Positions 24,401 to 36,997 of a DNA stretch of 64,000 bases are shown piece after piece. How positions within the stretch are numbered: position 1 is the first letter of the stretch; each line of letters starts with the position of its first letter. The stretch spans positions 62,001 through 126,000 of the forward strand of contig JALDZX010000013.1 of assembly GCA_022813865.1 (NCBI GenBank), read 5' to 3'. This DNA comes from Xylographa opegraphella (taxonomy: Eukaryota). The notes beneath the pieces are model-generated. The model did not search any database, was not told where the DNA came from, and saw nothing but the letters and a program-made list of their open reading frames with translations. Both the position numbers and the translations under genes were made by a program.

Positions 24401-27400
24401 TTTGCGGCCATGGATTCAGTTTCGGTGGAAGTCTTCAGTGCGTCGATTACTACTACCTTGGTAAAAGGGAATTTCGTAACCTTCGGCTTAGATGAGACCA
24501 TCATGGAGGAGCAATGATTTCCGGCATCAGGGGTATCTTTGATCATAAGATCAAGCCCGCTGAAGCCTGCAGCAAGCAAGGAGCTCTTCCAGTCTTCCTC
24601 ATTCATCAATGGTCCTCCCGTTCGGCCATCTTCTGATTGCCACCAGCTGGGAAGTGTCCCCAGTACGAAGCTGATACGATCTAGAGGGTGCGTGTATTCC
24701 GTAAGAACAAGTTTGCCTCCAGGTTTCAGAAGTTTGTAGCAGTGACTCAAGCTAACGCTCAAGTCTTTGCATCCATGTAGAGTCTACATTACAAAATGAA
24801 TTAGCATCACAGTTCTGGGTACCGTCGACCAGAAGTACTCACATTAGCGGCGATGATGACCTCAAACGAGGCCTCCTCAAAGCCTTGAGCGATAGGGTCG
24901 CTCTCAATGTCAAGCTTTTTGTACTGGACATGACTTTGCCAGGCCTTAAGCAGCTTCTGTGCATCATCGATACATTCTTGATCGCTATCGGAAAAGACAT
25001 ACTCTTTGAATAAAGGAGTCGATCCGTAACGTCCACCTAGAGTCTCAAGAGCTGGCAAGGTGACTTGTCCTAGACCAGCACCAATCTCGAGAATTTTATA
25101 GTCTGGTCGTTTATGTCCCTGCAGGTCTAGCCATTTTGTGACCATGATATTGGAGGGGTCGCTGGCCAAGTAATCGTAAAGCTTGTTATCTTCCATCATA
25201 GTTGGCAGAGGAGGAATACTTCCATCAAGGATTCCGGGGAGGCTTTCACCAACAGTACATATCAATCGGGCTTCAGTATGAGATCCGGCAACCTCAGCTA
25301 AGAAAGCAGCCTCATCTTGTGTTGTTCCATCCGGCTCAACTTGTCCCACACGGCCGCGCATCCACTCGACATAGCGGGCTAGGTGAGGCAATAGTGCAGC
25401 TTCCTTCTCAGGAGTGAGGCCGGCTACCGTGCGTCGCATATAGATCGCAGCCGCCTTCTCACAGGCGGCTGTACGCTCTGGGCTGACCGCCTCCGCAGGA
25501 ACGAAAAGCTTTTCTGCTTCATCTTGGCGCACAAAATCAATATCTTCTTTCCAGACAAATTGAGAGCAGATTTTTCTTATCGCTGTCTGCTCCTTGCTAG
25601 CAGTGACCTCTTGCGTTAACAAATCCAGCTCCGTGCAGCCAATTCCAGTCACCACAATTTTTGGCTCATTCCATGTCTCATCACTCATAACAATGGTCCC
25701 TGCAAAATTCCGGAATCCCTTGCGCTGGACTTTGGTGAACCCGTGAAATTCAGCACCAGGACCTTTTGGTAGATGGGCAGAAACCTTGATAGAGTCAATT
25801 GAAGTAGGCAACATTGCCTGCTGAGAGCCCTGTGCTCCTGTAAAGAAACTCTGAAAGAGACCGTCAAGTGTAACTGGATGGAGAAGATGATCGTACTCAA
25901 ATTGGGCCGGCATGGAAGCCTTAGTGTCTTGAACTGTAATCGTACAACAACCGATGCCGTCGCCATTTGTTCTGATTTTGGTAATAGGTTGAAATAGTGG
26001 ACCTATTGAAGATCAGTTTCAAATTTCTTGGTTGATGTTCGCCACGAGTATTTATGGTGGTCTTACCATATTGAACACCTCGAGCATACCACTTTTCGTA
26101 GAAGTCCTTGGTCTTAACATGCTTCTTGCAAGCAAGCTTAGCGTCTGCATATTCTTGCTTGTAGCTGTTCCACTCCGCATCTGCCTCCATGACTTCTTCG
26201 CTGCGTTCGGATTCTGACACATATTGGATCTTGATTAACCCGGAACAGTGTTCCACATGCTCAAAATTATTGTTCTCAGAATAGACTGTGAACTCGTACC
26301 AAGGTTTCTCATGGCCTTTGATACCGATCTTCCGTGGCTTGAGATGTAAGAGCATCGAGATTTTCTCCTCGGGCGGAATCACAAAAGCCCGGCTAAGAAT
26401 GATGTCTCGGTATTCGTAGCTGTGAACCGTCTTGTCCTCATCAACCAGTTGCTGAACAGCTTCCAGAGCCGCACAGAGCATGCCGGCGGCAGGAAAGAGA
26501 ATATCACCTTGTACCTTGTGATCAGCGACCCACGGGATCTCAGACTGCCTGATCGCATTAGTCCATCGAGGCTCAAGAATGTTGAAATCGTCAACTCTTT
26601 TTCCAACAAGATCGAGACGCGGTGTTTTGGCGAAGCGATGGTTGTTACTTAGTGATGTTTCATGCCAGAATTTGTTGGAATGACTTATATAGTTAGCAAT
26701 GACATGAGCTGAATTGGATATAATCAGGACTCACTTCCAAGAATAGCCAGGCAGATCGTGCAAAGCGAGTAGCGGCTTCGGTCCAGCTTCAATGCTGTTC
26801 ACATTGAGCATATTGAGCGGCTGGCCCATAGTCCAAAGTTTTCCTACTGCTTCCAAGGATGTAGTAACAGCGTCTTGACCACGATGAAGTACGGAGAGAT
26901 ATGTTGTATCTTCAGATCTACCGTTTGCTGCCAGAATCTGTTTCAGAGGACCTTGAAGCGCACTGTGAGGTCCGACCTCTAGAAGCGTATCAATAGCCAG
27001 GCCCTCCCGTCGTCGACGGCGGGCTCCAGATGGTGGTGCAGATATTAATGAGCCAACAGCTTTGACGAATTGGACAGGCGAAACCATGTTCTTTACCCAA
27101 TATGACGCATCCAGATCAGAAGAGGCCACTTGGGAACCAGTCACGGAAGAGAACATTACGGCTCCTGATTTGGGTTTCAAAGTTGTGATGTCCTTAATTG
27201 ACTCATGGTAGTCATCGGCAATGAGCTTCATGTGAGGACTATGGTAGGCATTTTCAACCTTCAGGCGTCTGGCAAACAAATTTGCGGGTTTCAAAAGACT
27301 CTCGAGTTTTTCCAGCGCTGTGATGTCTCCTGAGATTGTAACATTGGAGGGGCTGTTTACGCAAGCAACCACTGCGGTATCCGAAGGCGGAAGTTGAGCT

Positions 27401-30400
27401 AGGTATGGCTGAACATCACTCTCTGAGAGACCTACAGCCATCATAGACCCTTTGACATGCGGTGCAATATCCTTAATAGCATGCGAGAGTCGTCCTCTGT
27501 GGTAAGCAACCTTGAAACAATCTTCGGCAGAAAGAGCTCCGGCTGCATATGCGGCAGCTAAGATAATATCTGTCAGCACGGTACAAGCAGCGGAATTGTG
27601 GGTAACTAACCGATTTCGCCACTGGAATGTCCTGTCACGGCTGCGGGCTTCATTCCCCAATGTTCAAGCAGATTTACGAGCGCAATTTGCAAAATGACAC
27701 AGAGGGGCTGCGAAAATTTGGCCAGAGAAATCTGTGAATCTTCCTCGCGTGCCTTCAACTCCCTTAGAACACTCCATTCAGCTCCAAGAGCAGTCAGGTG
27801 TGCATCAGCCTCTTCGACAGTTCGACGGAAGACCTCATAAGCCAGTAGCTCTCGTCCCATTGCATGCCACTGTGCTCCTTGACCTGTAAAGATAAAAACT
27901 GTCTTCGGAGCTTTCCCAGCGCGATTTGCTTTGATACGATCACCAAAAACAGTGGCCAAGTCGTTTATTGAAGAAGCGACGCCGATGGCTCTCCACGCGA
28001 AGGAAGTCCGTCTATTACCAAGCGTGAAGGCGAGATTGGCAAGAAATTCATTGGCCGCTTGGGTGTCCTTAACAGACTTATCGGTGAGATGATCTGCATA
28101 AAGTTTTACCAAACTCTGCAGTGTACTTTGCTCGTGCGAGGACAATACGAACAGCCGCGGACGTCGGCCAGCAGGCGATGGGAAGTACTCTGAATCTTCA
28201 CTGGCCGGACTAGTAGTCATAGTGCCATGACCAGAATCCGTGTCTTCAGCAGAATCTGGATAGAGAAGTGCAGCCTCGGGAACACTGGTGGTCTTGCCAT
28301 GTAGACCTCGTGACTTCAGGTAATTATATGCATCGTCGACAATGCAATGAGCATTGCTACCACCATAGCCAAACGAGTTGATTGAGGCTCGCCGAACGCC
28401 GGTCGTTGGCCAGGGAGTGAGCTCTGTGGGTACCTTGAGACTCCACTCATCTAGTCGCAGACGCGGATTCGGTTTTTCGTAATTTAAACTTGGAACAATG
28501 ACAGCGTTTTCAAGGCAGAGAACTGTCTTCAACAAACCAGCGAGGCCGGCACACCCCTCCAGATGGCCAATATTGGTTTTGACGGAGCCAACGTAGAGAG
28601 GTTGTCCAGCCTGTCGTTTGGTGGTGCCAAGTGTGGCACCTAGAGCTCCAAGCTCAAGAGGATCTCCAACCGGTGTTCCTGTGCCGTGGGCTTCGAAATA
28701 TTGGGTCTTGGAATAGTCGAGCCCAGCAGCCTTGTAGGTTGAACGTATCAAAGACGCTTGAGCGTCCGAACTCGGTTGAACGATCCCAGGGGTTTTCCCT
28801 TTACGAATAATACATTAGTCAAGTCATACCAAACCAGGAAGGTGAAATACGTACCATCTTGGTTGGTACCGGTCCCTCTGATGACGGCGCGAATGGTATC
28901 CCCATCACGGACGGCATCCTCCAGAGACTTTAAAATCATAACGCAACCACCCTCGCCACGCGAATAGCCATTCGCACGTTCATCAAACCTAACACTGATT
29001 AGTAACTGGCCTTGGTGACATGAGTAAGTGGTTCTCACGAGAAGCATCTACTATCCGGAGAGAGGAAATGCAACGACGAGAGGGATGACATCATGTCAGG
29101 GATCAATATTAGCTGGGAGGCAGCTATTAGAGAAACTTTGCTCTCGCCAGTGCGAATAGACTGACATCCAAGGTGGCTGAGAGATGTTAGGATGAAGCTA
29201 GTTTCTGTGCGGGCGGACATAAAATACTAACAGTGCAATAAGTCCGCTTGAGCAAGCCGTATCGAGGGTCATTGACGGGCCATTGAGGTCGAAGAAATGA
29301 GAGAGCCGATTGGAAAGCATAGCATTGCCGCCTCCAATAGCCTGGTAGAGAGGCACATCATCTGATCTCCCAATCAGCATATAAATCGCGGACATCAATG
29401 ATAGACGCCCTTACCAATATCTCTCCCAGCCACAGCATTATAATCTATGAAGCGTTAGTATTATATAGTCAGATGTGGCGCACACGGTACAGTGTCGCGC
29501 AGTGTGAGCATTGTGATTATATATGATACACTGAAATGAATCTTAAAGACAACAAGGGTACTAAAGAATGTCAAGGTATAATGAAGAGGGTTCGCGTATT
29601 CATTGCCGACGTAAGAAGTTAAATTCGTATCATATTGTACAGGCTCCGAATAGAGGAAGAGTGTCTTAGCGAGAATGTACTAAATGGATTTTGTACCTGC
29701 ACTAGAGCAGCCAACGTAGCACGACGTGTTACTGCCAACAAACTTCTCCATGGGAATTCCGCCTAAATTAATGTCAGATACGAAGAACGGAACGTGATGG
29801 GGTCGACTGACCGCTTTCCATGCTCTCAAATGCTACCTCGAGCAACATTCTCAATTGGGGATCCGTAGCTGTGGCTTCAGCTGCAGACATAGAGACTAGA
29901 AATTGTCAATGAGGCGATTTCATTCGCCCAATAAAATAAGCAGCTTACAGAACTTATCAGATGTCAGCTAAGATATTTGAGGCTTGATTCATAGCGCAGA
30001 CTTACAGGAGCATCGAACAGACCCACGTCTCCTTTCATAAAATGCCCTCCTTTTGCTGTCATGGTGCCTGACCGAGGATTACTGGGATGCCAATAGGCGT
30101 CCACATTGAATCTGTCCTTGGGTACTTCGGACCATGCAGAACGCCCTTTGGAGAGCATCTCGAAGAACTTGGAAGGGGATGTGGCATCTCCAGGAAATCG
30201 GCAGCCCATGGCCACAATAGCGATTCTAATGGGCAAATTTCAAGTCAGCGTTTGACTACGCTTAGGGGCTCAAAATTCAGTGAGTTTTCTCCGGATCCTA
30301 TCCAGCTTCCAGGATAAGTCCGGAGTGCCGGTCCAATCCGCAAACTCCTATCCCCAAGCTGAAACCAGAACCCGAACGAAACAGGAGCGAGAAAAATACA

Positions 30401-30462
30401 TACGGGGCGTTGTCATCTTTCTCCACTGGGGCACTTGGGCCCTGCGGATCGATGAAGGGCAT
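21427..30462 (-). CDS. highly reducing iterative type I polyketide synthase KS-AT-DH-cMT-ER-KR-ACP
   Basis: About 17 exons. Start MPFIDPQGP... at 30462 splices to [66 protein letters not shown] and LDGLFQ. c[33 protein letters not shown] and SNYAAGN. ACP: GVDSLVA. No TE domain. Confidence 0.96.
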
Positions 30463-30940
30463 CTTGGGTGACGGATCTCAGCTTTTCAACTCTTCACCCG
30501 ATCACGACCCGTGTGAAAGCAGTTCCAGACGTCGGAGATGGTCGTGAGGATTGCAACAAGCCGTTCAGCATGATATTTGAGCTTGTGGCGATGGTAGTTG
30601 CTCTGGCCTTCCAATTGCGGACGTCCTTGCACGGTTCCTCGCTGCTTCTTAAGCTCCTTCTCCAGACACAAAGCGGCCGATGGTGGTGCGCCCAGCGTCA
30701 CTCGAAAGCGCCACATTGCGATATCTGCTAAGCTGAAAGCCGACACTTGGTCCGTCCGACTTTGGATGAATGGGGCGGCGTCGAAAGCTTCATAACCAGC
30801 ATCCATGGTTTCATCCATAGCTTTGGACTGATGGAGGAATATGTGTTGTGGTAATTGCATATCCGCACGCACAGGCACGGCGAATATCTTGCACGAGCTG
30901 TCCCCACAACGGAGGTTGAGGCTGGCGGCTGCGCATTGGC

Positions 30941-31016
30941 CGGAGCGTAAGCGAAGATAAGGTACAAGCGCGCATCGTTACCGAAGGCAGCGAGGATCGG
31001 CGCGGTGTAACATTGC
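30941..31016. promoter_or_regulatory. candidate cluster-regulator sites in the PKS/hydrolase divergent promoter
   Basis: CGGAGCGTAAGCGAAGATAAGGTACAA (30941-30967) and GCGGTGTAACATTGC (31002-31016, within CGG-N10-CCG). Both recur in the MFS/TF promoter. Confidence 0.5.
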
Positions 31017-31276
31017 CGGGACTGCTGCATGAGCGAAAGGGGGAATTCTCCATGCCTTGACATCACCTCGCAGCGTCGGGGAAAACGCGCTGGGAGTTGA
31101 ATCATCATCATGTAGCATGACTCCAGGGCTTGCATATAAGCCGCCATGGCGTTCTGGTGGAGACGCCTTTTTGATAGTTCTCCTTCTACCAAAACTCTAA
31201 ACTCGGTCGTTATAGCTCAAGATTCACAGCAAGCAGCGTCGACGTCGAGCATTAAGTTGGTCTACTACACACAGCT

Positions 31277-32288
31277 ATGAAGTTCCTCTGTCTCCACGGG
31301 TACGAAGACTGCCGACCTCTCCCTCAGGCGCCTTGAACTGACATTGGACTCCCAGAAAAGGCACCAGTGCCGAAATCTTTGAAATGCAAACTGGTGCGGC
31401 ATGCCCGTTCTTCTCTCAACTTCATGAAGCTGACACCGTTGCAGAAGGGTTTCGCAACCTTCTTCCGGAGCATTTCAGCTATGAATTCCTCGAGGGCGAG
31501 AAGGAGGTTTCGCCAGCGCCTGGAGTCGACAAGGTCTTCCCGGGCCCTTACCTGAGCTATCTCACCGATTATTCTGTTGGTTCCATCGAGGAGCAGCACC
31601 AGTACATCATGGACGTCGTCGCCGAAGAAGGTAAGACACTCCTGAGTGCACCTTGTCACCGTCAAGCTTCTGACGGAGAGTAGGACCATTTGATGGCATT
31701 ATGGGATTCAGTCAAGTAAGTCTGGTCCCCTTTGCTTCAGTAGTACAGCACTGACAACGAGAAACAGGGCGCTTCACTGGCAGCTTCAAGTACGTTGAGT
31801 GTGATGATTGAAGTTCCTCCCGCATACTGATGCTTCGTCTTGTAGTATTGCTGCACCATCAAATAGAGAAGCCTTGGTTGCCACCGCCTTTCCGAGTGGC
31901 CATCTTTCTCTGTGCAACATATGCTCACTCTCGTACTGTTGTGGACGGAGAGGATGTCACACACAAAGTTCCAACGAGTGAGCTACCTAGCCGAAGAACA
32001 AGTACCGATTCTGGATATTCTTCCGAGGAAGACTCGGCGAAAGACTCCATTCGAGTTTTGTATGCCAATTCGACAAAGGCCAGAATTCAAATTCCCACCG
32101 CTCACCTCTATGGAGAAAATGACGAATATTTACATGAGAGTTTAGAGGTTTTGGACCTGTGTGACCCACGTCTGGCGCTTGAATTCAAGCACAGGGGTGG
32201 ACATGAAGTTCCGATGGACACGGTAACCAACAAAAAGATTCACGACATTATAGCGACAACTTGTGAAAGGGGAGAGACATTTTCGTGA
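31277..32288 (+). CDS. FSH1/LovG-type serine hydrolase (trans-acting thioesterase/esterase), about 247 aa
   Basis: Six exons (31277-31299, 31356-31393, 31445-31630, 31684-31715, 31768-31789, 31846-32288) give MKFLCLHGKGTSAEIF...GPFDGIMGFSQGASLAA...IPTAHLYGEND...GGHEVP, an intact Ser-Asp-His triad. Divergent from the PKS. Confidence 0.9.
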
Positions 32289-32628
32289 CGACGGAAATAG
32301 AGGTATTACAAATATATTATAGACATTAATCTTGTAATTACATCTGAGAGAACTTTCATCATTCGTAAGGCAACGACATATTGTGCAGTGAAGATGACTA
32401 TTTTCGAATATTGCGACTGGGTAGTAACAAGCTGCCTGCATCAACAACCTGATGCATTTTTCTGTTTGGTAAAAATCTTACTGACAAACCCAGAAGCACG
32501 CTTTGACTCAATTCTAAGCTTTCGTTGAGCTCACTATCACATAAATCAAGTGCTGACAAAAGACTACTCCTGCTGCATATGCCTATTGATTGTTCAGTGT
32601 TGAATTTGGAGTTGCATACCCCTCATTA

Positions 32629-34927
32629 CTACGCATCTGCTTCAGCCAAGGTGATCCTACCGGCAAGTAGTGCCTCGCCTCGCGCTTTCCTCTTCATGAT
32701 ATCCGTCGGATGCCTGGAATATGTGAAGAGGCTAATGACCACACAAGCAGCAGCAACGTACGTGCAGTCGCGTAGTTGATCATTAAATGACTTTGCAAAC
32801 GTCTGAGCTACCGCAAGCTGCTGCGCCGGTTCGAGCGACGGAATATAGTTCAACGACTGTCGTAATTGTACAAGCTGAGCTTCACTGAGAATGCCCTGTA
32901 GTTCGTTGACAAGTCTGATGTTGAGGATGATCGTGGAGGCCGCCAGTCCAACGGTGCCGCCGAATATACGTGCCTGATTGACCGCTCCCAGGGCGATCGC
33001 TATATGACGTTAGAATACCTTTCATTAAAAAAGCTAGCAGCACCAGGAAAATATCCACATACAGTAATCTGCAAATTTTGATTCTGTGGAGGCTATGATT
33101 GTCACTGTGGTGAAGGTCATCCCCAAACCAAGACCGAAAATCACCTGGAAACCGTACAGCGCTGGTTCGATATCGAGTCCATCCGAGGCCGTAGACAGAA
33201 GCGCACATCCAACCACCATCAAACAGCTCGCTACAAGCAAAGTGACAAACGTTCGGTTTTTGCGGCTCGAGCAGAGACCACCAAATGTTGACCCGAAAGC
33301 GCTTGCAAAGAGTAAGGGCATCATACGGACACCAGCACTGGTAGCACCGTCTCCATTGACGATCTGATACCTTTCAGGTAGAGCGATAATCGTGAGAAAT
33401 AACGGGAAACCAGTGAATAAAGTGCTCCTACCGAGGAGATGAAGATAAGCATAGGACGTCCAAAACTTGGTCATGAGCCTTACAAGATTGCAGCAGCAAT
33501 TATCCTATGTGTTAGAAGGCGAACGGGTAATATCGGAGTTATTGGAATTATGCCAGCGTTCAAAACCATGATCCACACAATGAGGCAAAGAAAGCAAATC
33601 CCTGAGATAGACAAAGTCGAGATGATGACTGGTGAATTCCAGGATTCCTTCGCCGCTCCCGCCTCCTCAAGAGCGATAATGAGGAGGACTGAAGAGATGA
33701 CAATCAGAAATGCTCCAACGAAGTCGACGTGGCCAAGCAAGGCCATCCCAAGCGTATGCTTGGTCAACCCCGGAGGCGGCTGTGGACTTGGCCAGGTCAG
33801 CAGGATCGTGAGTAACGCAACGACACCGCATGGTACATTGAGCAGAAAGATCCATCTCCACGTGCTCCGTTCTGAGATTACTCCACCTGGTCACGATGTC
33901 AACTAATTTGATAAATTCCCATCCATCAATGGTTCAGCAAACCTAGTACAGGACCAAGAACTGAAGAGATGGCGAAAACAACCCCCGTAGCTGCGCTCAT
34001 GGTCTGTATTCGTGTGAGCTTCATTCTGATACCAAGGCACCACGTTACTTTACCGCGAAATGCTTGCTCGGGGTTATCTCGGGAATAACTGCGAGCCTTA
34101 GCGAATCTGCCCCACAAAGTATTAGATTTCTCAACGTACCGACGTTACAGAGCGAGTAGAGGCCTGAGCCTCCGATCCCTTGCAGCGCTCGAAAGACAAT
34201 CAGCTGCTCCAACGAAGTCGCCAATCCACAACCCAAGGAGAAGGCTGTGAACAAGCTCCAAGCCGCGAGAACCATCTGCGACCATCAGACAAATGCCGCC
34301 TGTTGATCACTGTTAGGAGAACAAATACCCATTTTCGGCCCAGAACATCGCTCAGCCGTGCCCATAGCAGCGAGAAGGCTATATAGTGTGAGCTAAGAGA
34401 TAACGCCGCCGCCAGGAAGAAATATCCCACCCATGTAGGCCAGTAGGTAGGCAAGCACCACCCATATCGACTGCTAGATGTTTGGCATTGTCACGATCGG
34501 AGGAGGGGGGTAGCATACGTCGAAGAAGTCATTGAAGTAGTCTTCGATATTGACCAAAGCTGTCGCAACAATCGAAGAGTCCACGATACTCAACAAAAGC
34601 CCCAGACACAGACTGAGTGCGTGCGACATCAGTGGCAAGCCGATGACATAAGCAGCGGTCTTACCAGGCTTCCACCACGACCAAGCGCCAGCCAGTCAAA
34701 CGCTTGAATGGCGATGCGTCCGGAGGCACGTCGGGAGCAGCATTGGGGCTCGGAGAGCTTGCCACCGACAAGGGTGTGTCTGCAGGACTCGTCGATGGTA
34801 ATCCCGAACCTTCTTCGATTTTGGGGTCATCGGGTCGATACGCTGAGCTTTCATGCATGCTCGCTGTCGAGCGATGGATATCCCCTAAAGCTTGGGGGTG
34901 CGGCGCCTCCTGGAGAGGAGTGGACAT
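32629..34927 (-). CDS. MFS drug:H+ antiporter-type efflux transporter (DHA2/14-TM-like)
   Basis: Multi-exon. LLSIVDSSIVATAL, WARLSDVLGRK (motif A), LIVFRALQGIGGSG, SSVLGPVLG, WRWIFLLNVP, and many hydrophobic segments. Confidence 0.9.
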
Positions 34928-35535
34928 GGTGTACGAGCGGGACAAAGAGACAGGACATTCGATATGCCTCGCAATGGACGAGTGTTCCTGCTATAGTAGT
35001 CTTTCTGTGCTCTTTCCTCTCGCGCCCGGTATCATGGTGGAAAGAGAGGATCGATCGACAACGAATAATTCCCCAACAACTGGAAGGACTTGTCTGGTCG
35101 GACGTGAAACAAAGCCCCATTGGGCATGGCATGCTGTCGACCGAGCCCGACGCGTATCACCCCATCGGGTCAAGTGGCCTGAGGTGATTGTCATGTCCAA
35201 CATGCATGTTGCTGGGAGCTGATAGCCCTGCGTTTCGCAGATATGAACCTGGGCTATTTTGAGTATATGCTCCTTAGCGGACCGAACAGAGCAATGTTGC
35301 ATTCTCTGCCTAATGACGCAAATGGCTTGCTCTCAGCGGCTCCGCGACCCGCACCTATCCTCAACGGACGAGTGGGTCTCGTGTCTGCAGACCACGGAGA
35401 GCAGCCTTGCTGTGAGAATGCTACGATACGAAGCTTTTTCCAGAGGCGGGGCGTGGCTTGTGCGAGGAGGTGGTGAAAGCCGAAGTTCGCGAGATTGAGC
35501 AACGAAGGTTTGGTGAAGCGACTGAAGCAAGCAAG

Positions 35536-35619
35536 CGGAGCGTGCGACGCCGAGGTACAAAACTCACAGAAAGTTAAAGCACGCGAGAGCCGACGGATGC
35601 GGAGCCATGTTACTCCGCA
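35536..35619. promoter_or_regulatory. candidate cluster-regulator sites in the MFS/TF divergent promoter
   Basis: CGGAGCGTGCGACGCCGAGGTACAA (35536-35560) and the palindrome TGCGGAG-CCATGTTA-CTCCGCA (35598-35619, CGG-N12-CCG), matching the motifs at 30941-31016. Confidence 0.5.
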
Positions 35620-36997
35620 ATTAGTGCGCCCGTGCTGCTGAGGGTGTGGCGTTTGCGTGGCGCATGCGTGGCGTTGAGCGCGCATGACAGGCTCGCTTAC
35701 GGCGGGAAAGTCCGTCGATCGCCCATCCGGCTGCAGTTCCAGCTGGAGGCACCCATTGTTAAGCACCTATTGGAACTTTCAACCGCCCCCCCTGTTGCCT
35801 GCCCAGAGGGTTTCCCCCCCCGGAGTTTTCGGGCGGCATTTCCATCCTTTTGAAGCTTCTTAGGGCTTGATCTACGCGACATCCACAAACTCATTCCTTC
35901 GCCCCCGCTCAATATTGAAGTATAGAGGACTCTCACCAGTAACGTCCGACAGACGAAAATCACTGGCATGAGCTGCTCTTTCTCTCTCACAACACCTCCA
36001 CCACCTCGGCCTTGACTTAGTTGGGCATACTTGGCGACCGTATCGTGGTCGGGTCTGGCAATTGGTGCGGCAAAGCCAGGTCGTCACGATCCAGTCGCGT
36101 GGTGGGCACGACTCGAGAAGCACATAGTATTGGTGTTGTCGTCCTTTTGTTGACCCACTCACATTCTAATATGCGGGGAATCAGACAGCCCCCGGGGATC
36201 GATGGCAGGCAATCAAGTGGGTGGCAGCAATCGGACCCACGGGCCCACGAGGATGGGAGTGGACGCAGACATGCTAACACGCGGCCAACACCAGACGAAA
36301 CACACCCTCAGCACGGACAAATCATCTCTGCATCAAAGACTACGGCTCATGGACCAGGGGTGGATTCGACAGATCTACGACGGAGCGGAAACCATGGCCT
36401 GTCAAACGTGCATGTCAGCCACAATTCGCAATAAACAAGGAGGTGCAGCGGCCGCTGCGACAGGACGTCCATTTCCGCTCTCGGCCGTGCGAGCGAAGGA
36501 TTGCGGTACCAGTGCTGCACCACGACAAGTGATTGGGATTTGATCGTCAACGTTGGCCGCGGGATCTACCATGCCACTAATGCGCATGATTCGCTCTCTT
36601 CTCCAACGTGGGAAGGCGCCCATGATCTCTATCTTCCTTATCTACAACTCTATTCTTCCATACCAAGCTCGGTACACGCGGCTGGATCCGGAAGTGTTGG
36701 GGTGGTGCAGCGCTCTGGTTGGGGGACGAGACAAGCGAAACGATACCATGGAAATGGTCAGCATCCTGCACAACCTCCTGCACAACCCGATTGAGGCTTG
36801 CTGGACTGAATGCGACAGCAAAGCTTTCTCTTTATACCTTGCAGGATAGGGCTACGAAGGCCTTCGCGTGTTGGGTTTCGGTCACCGCTATTCAAGAAGG
36901 AATGGCCGCCCTTGCTTCTGACTTTCCCCCGTCTGTTGCACATTACTTTATTTTTGCAAGAGCATCCTTGACATCTGGTATACTGGCTCCGTGAACG

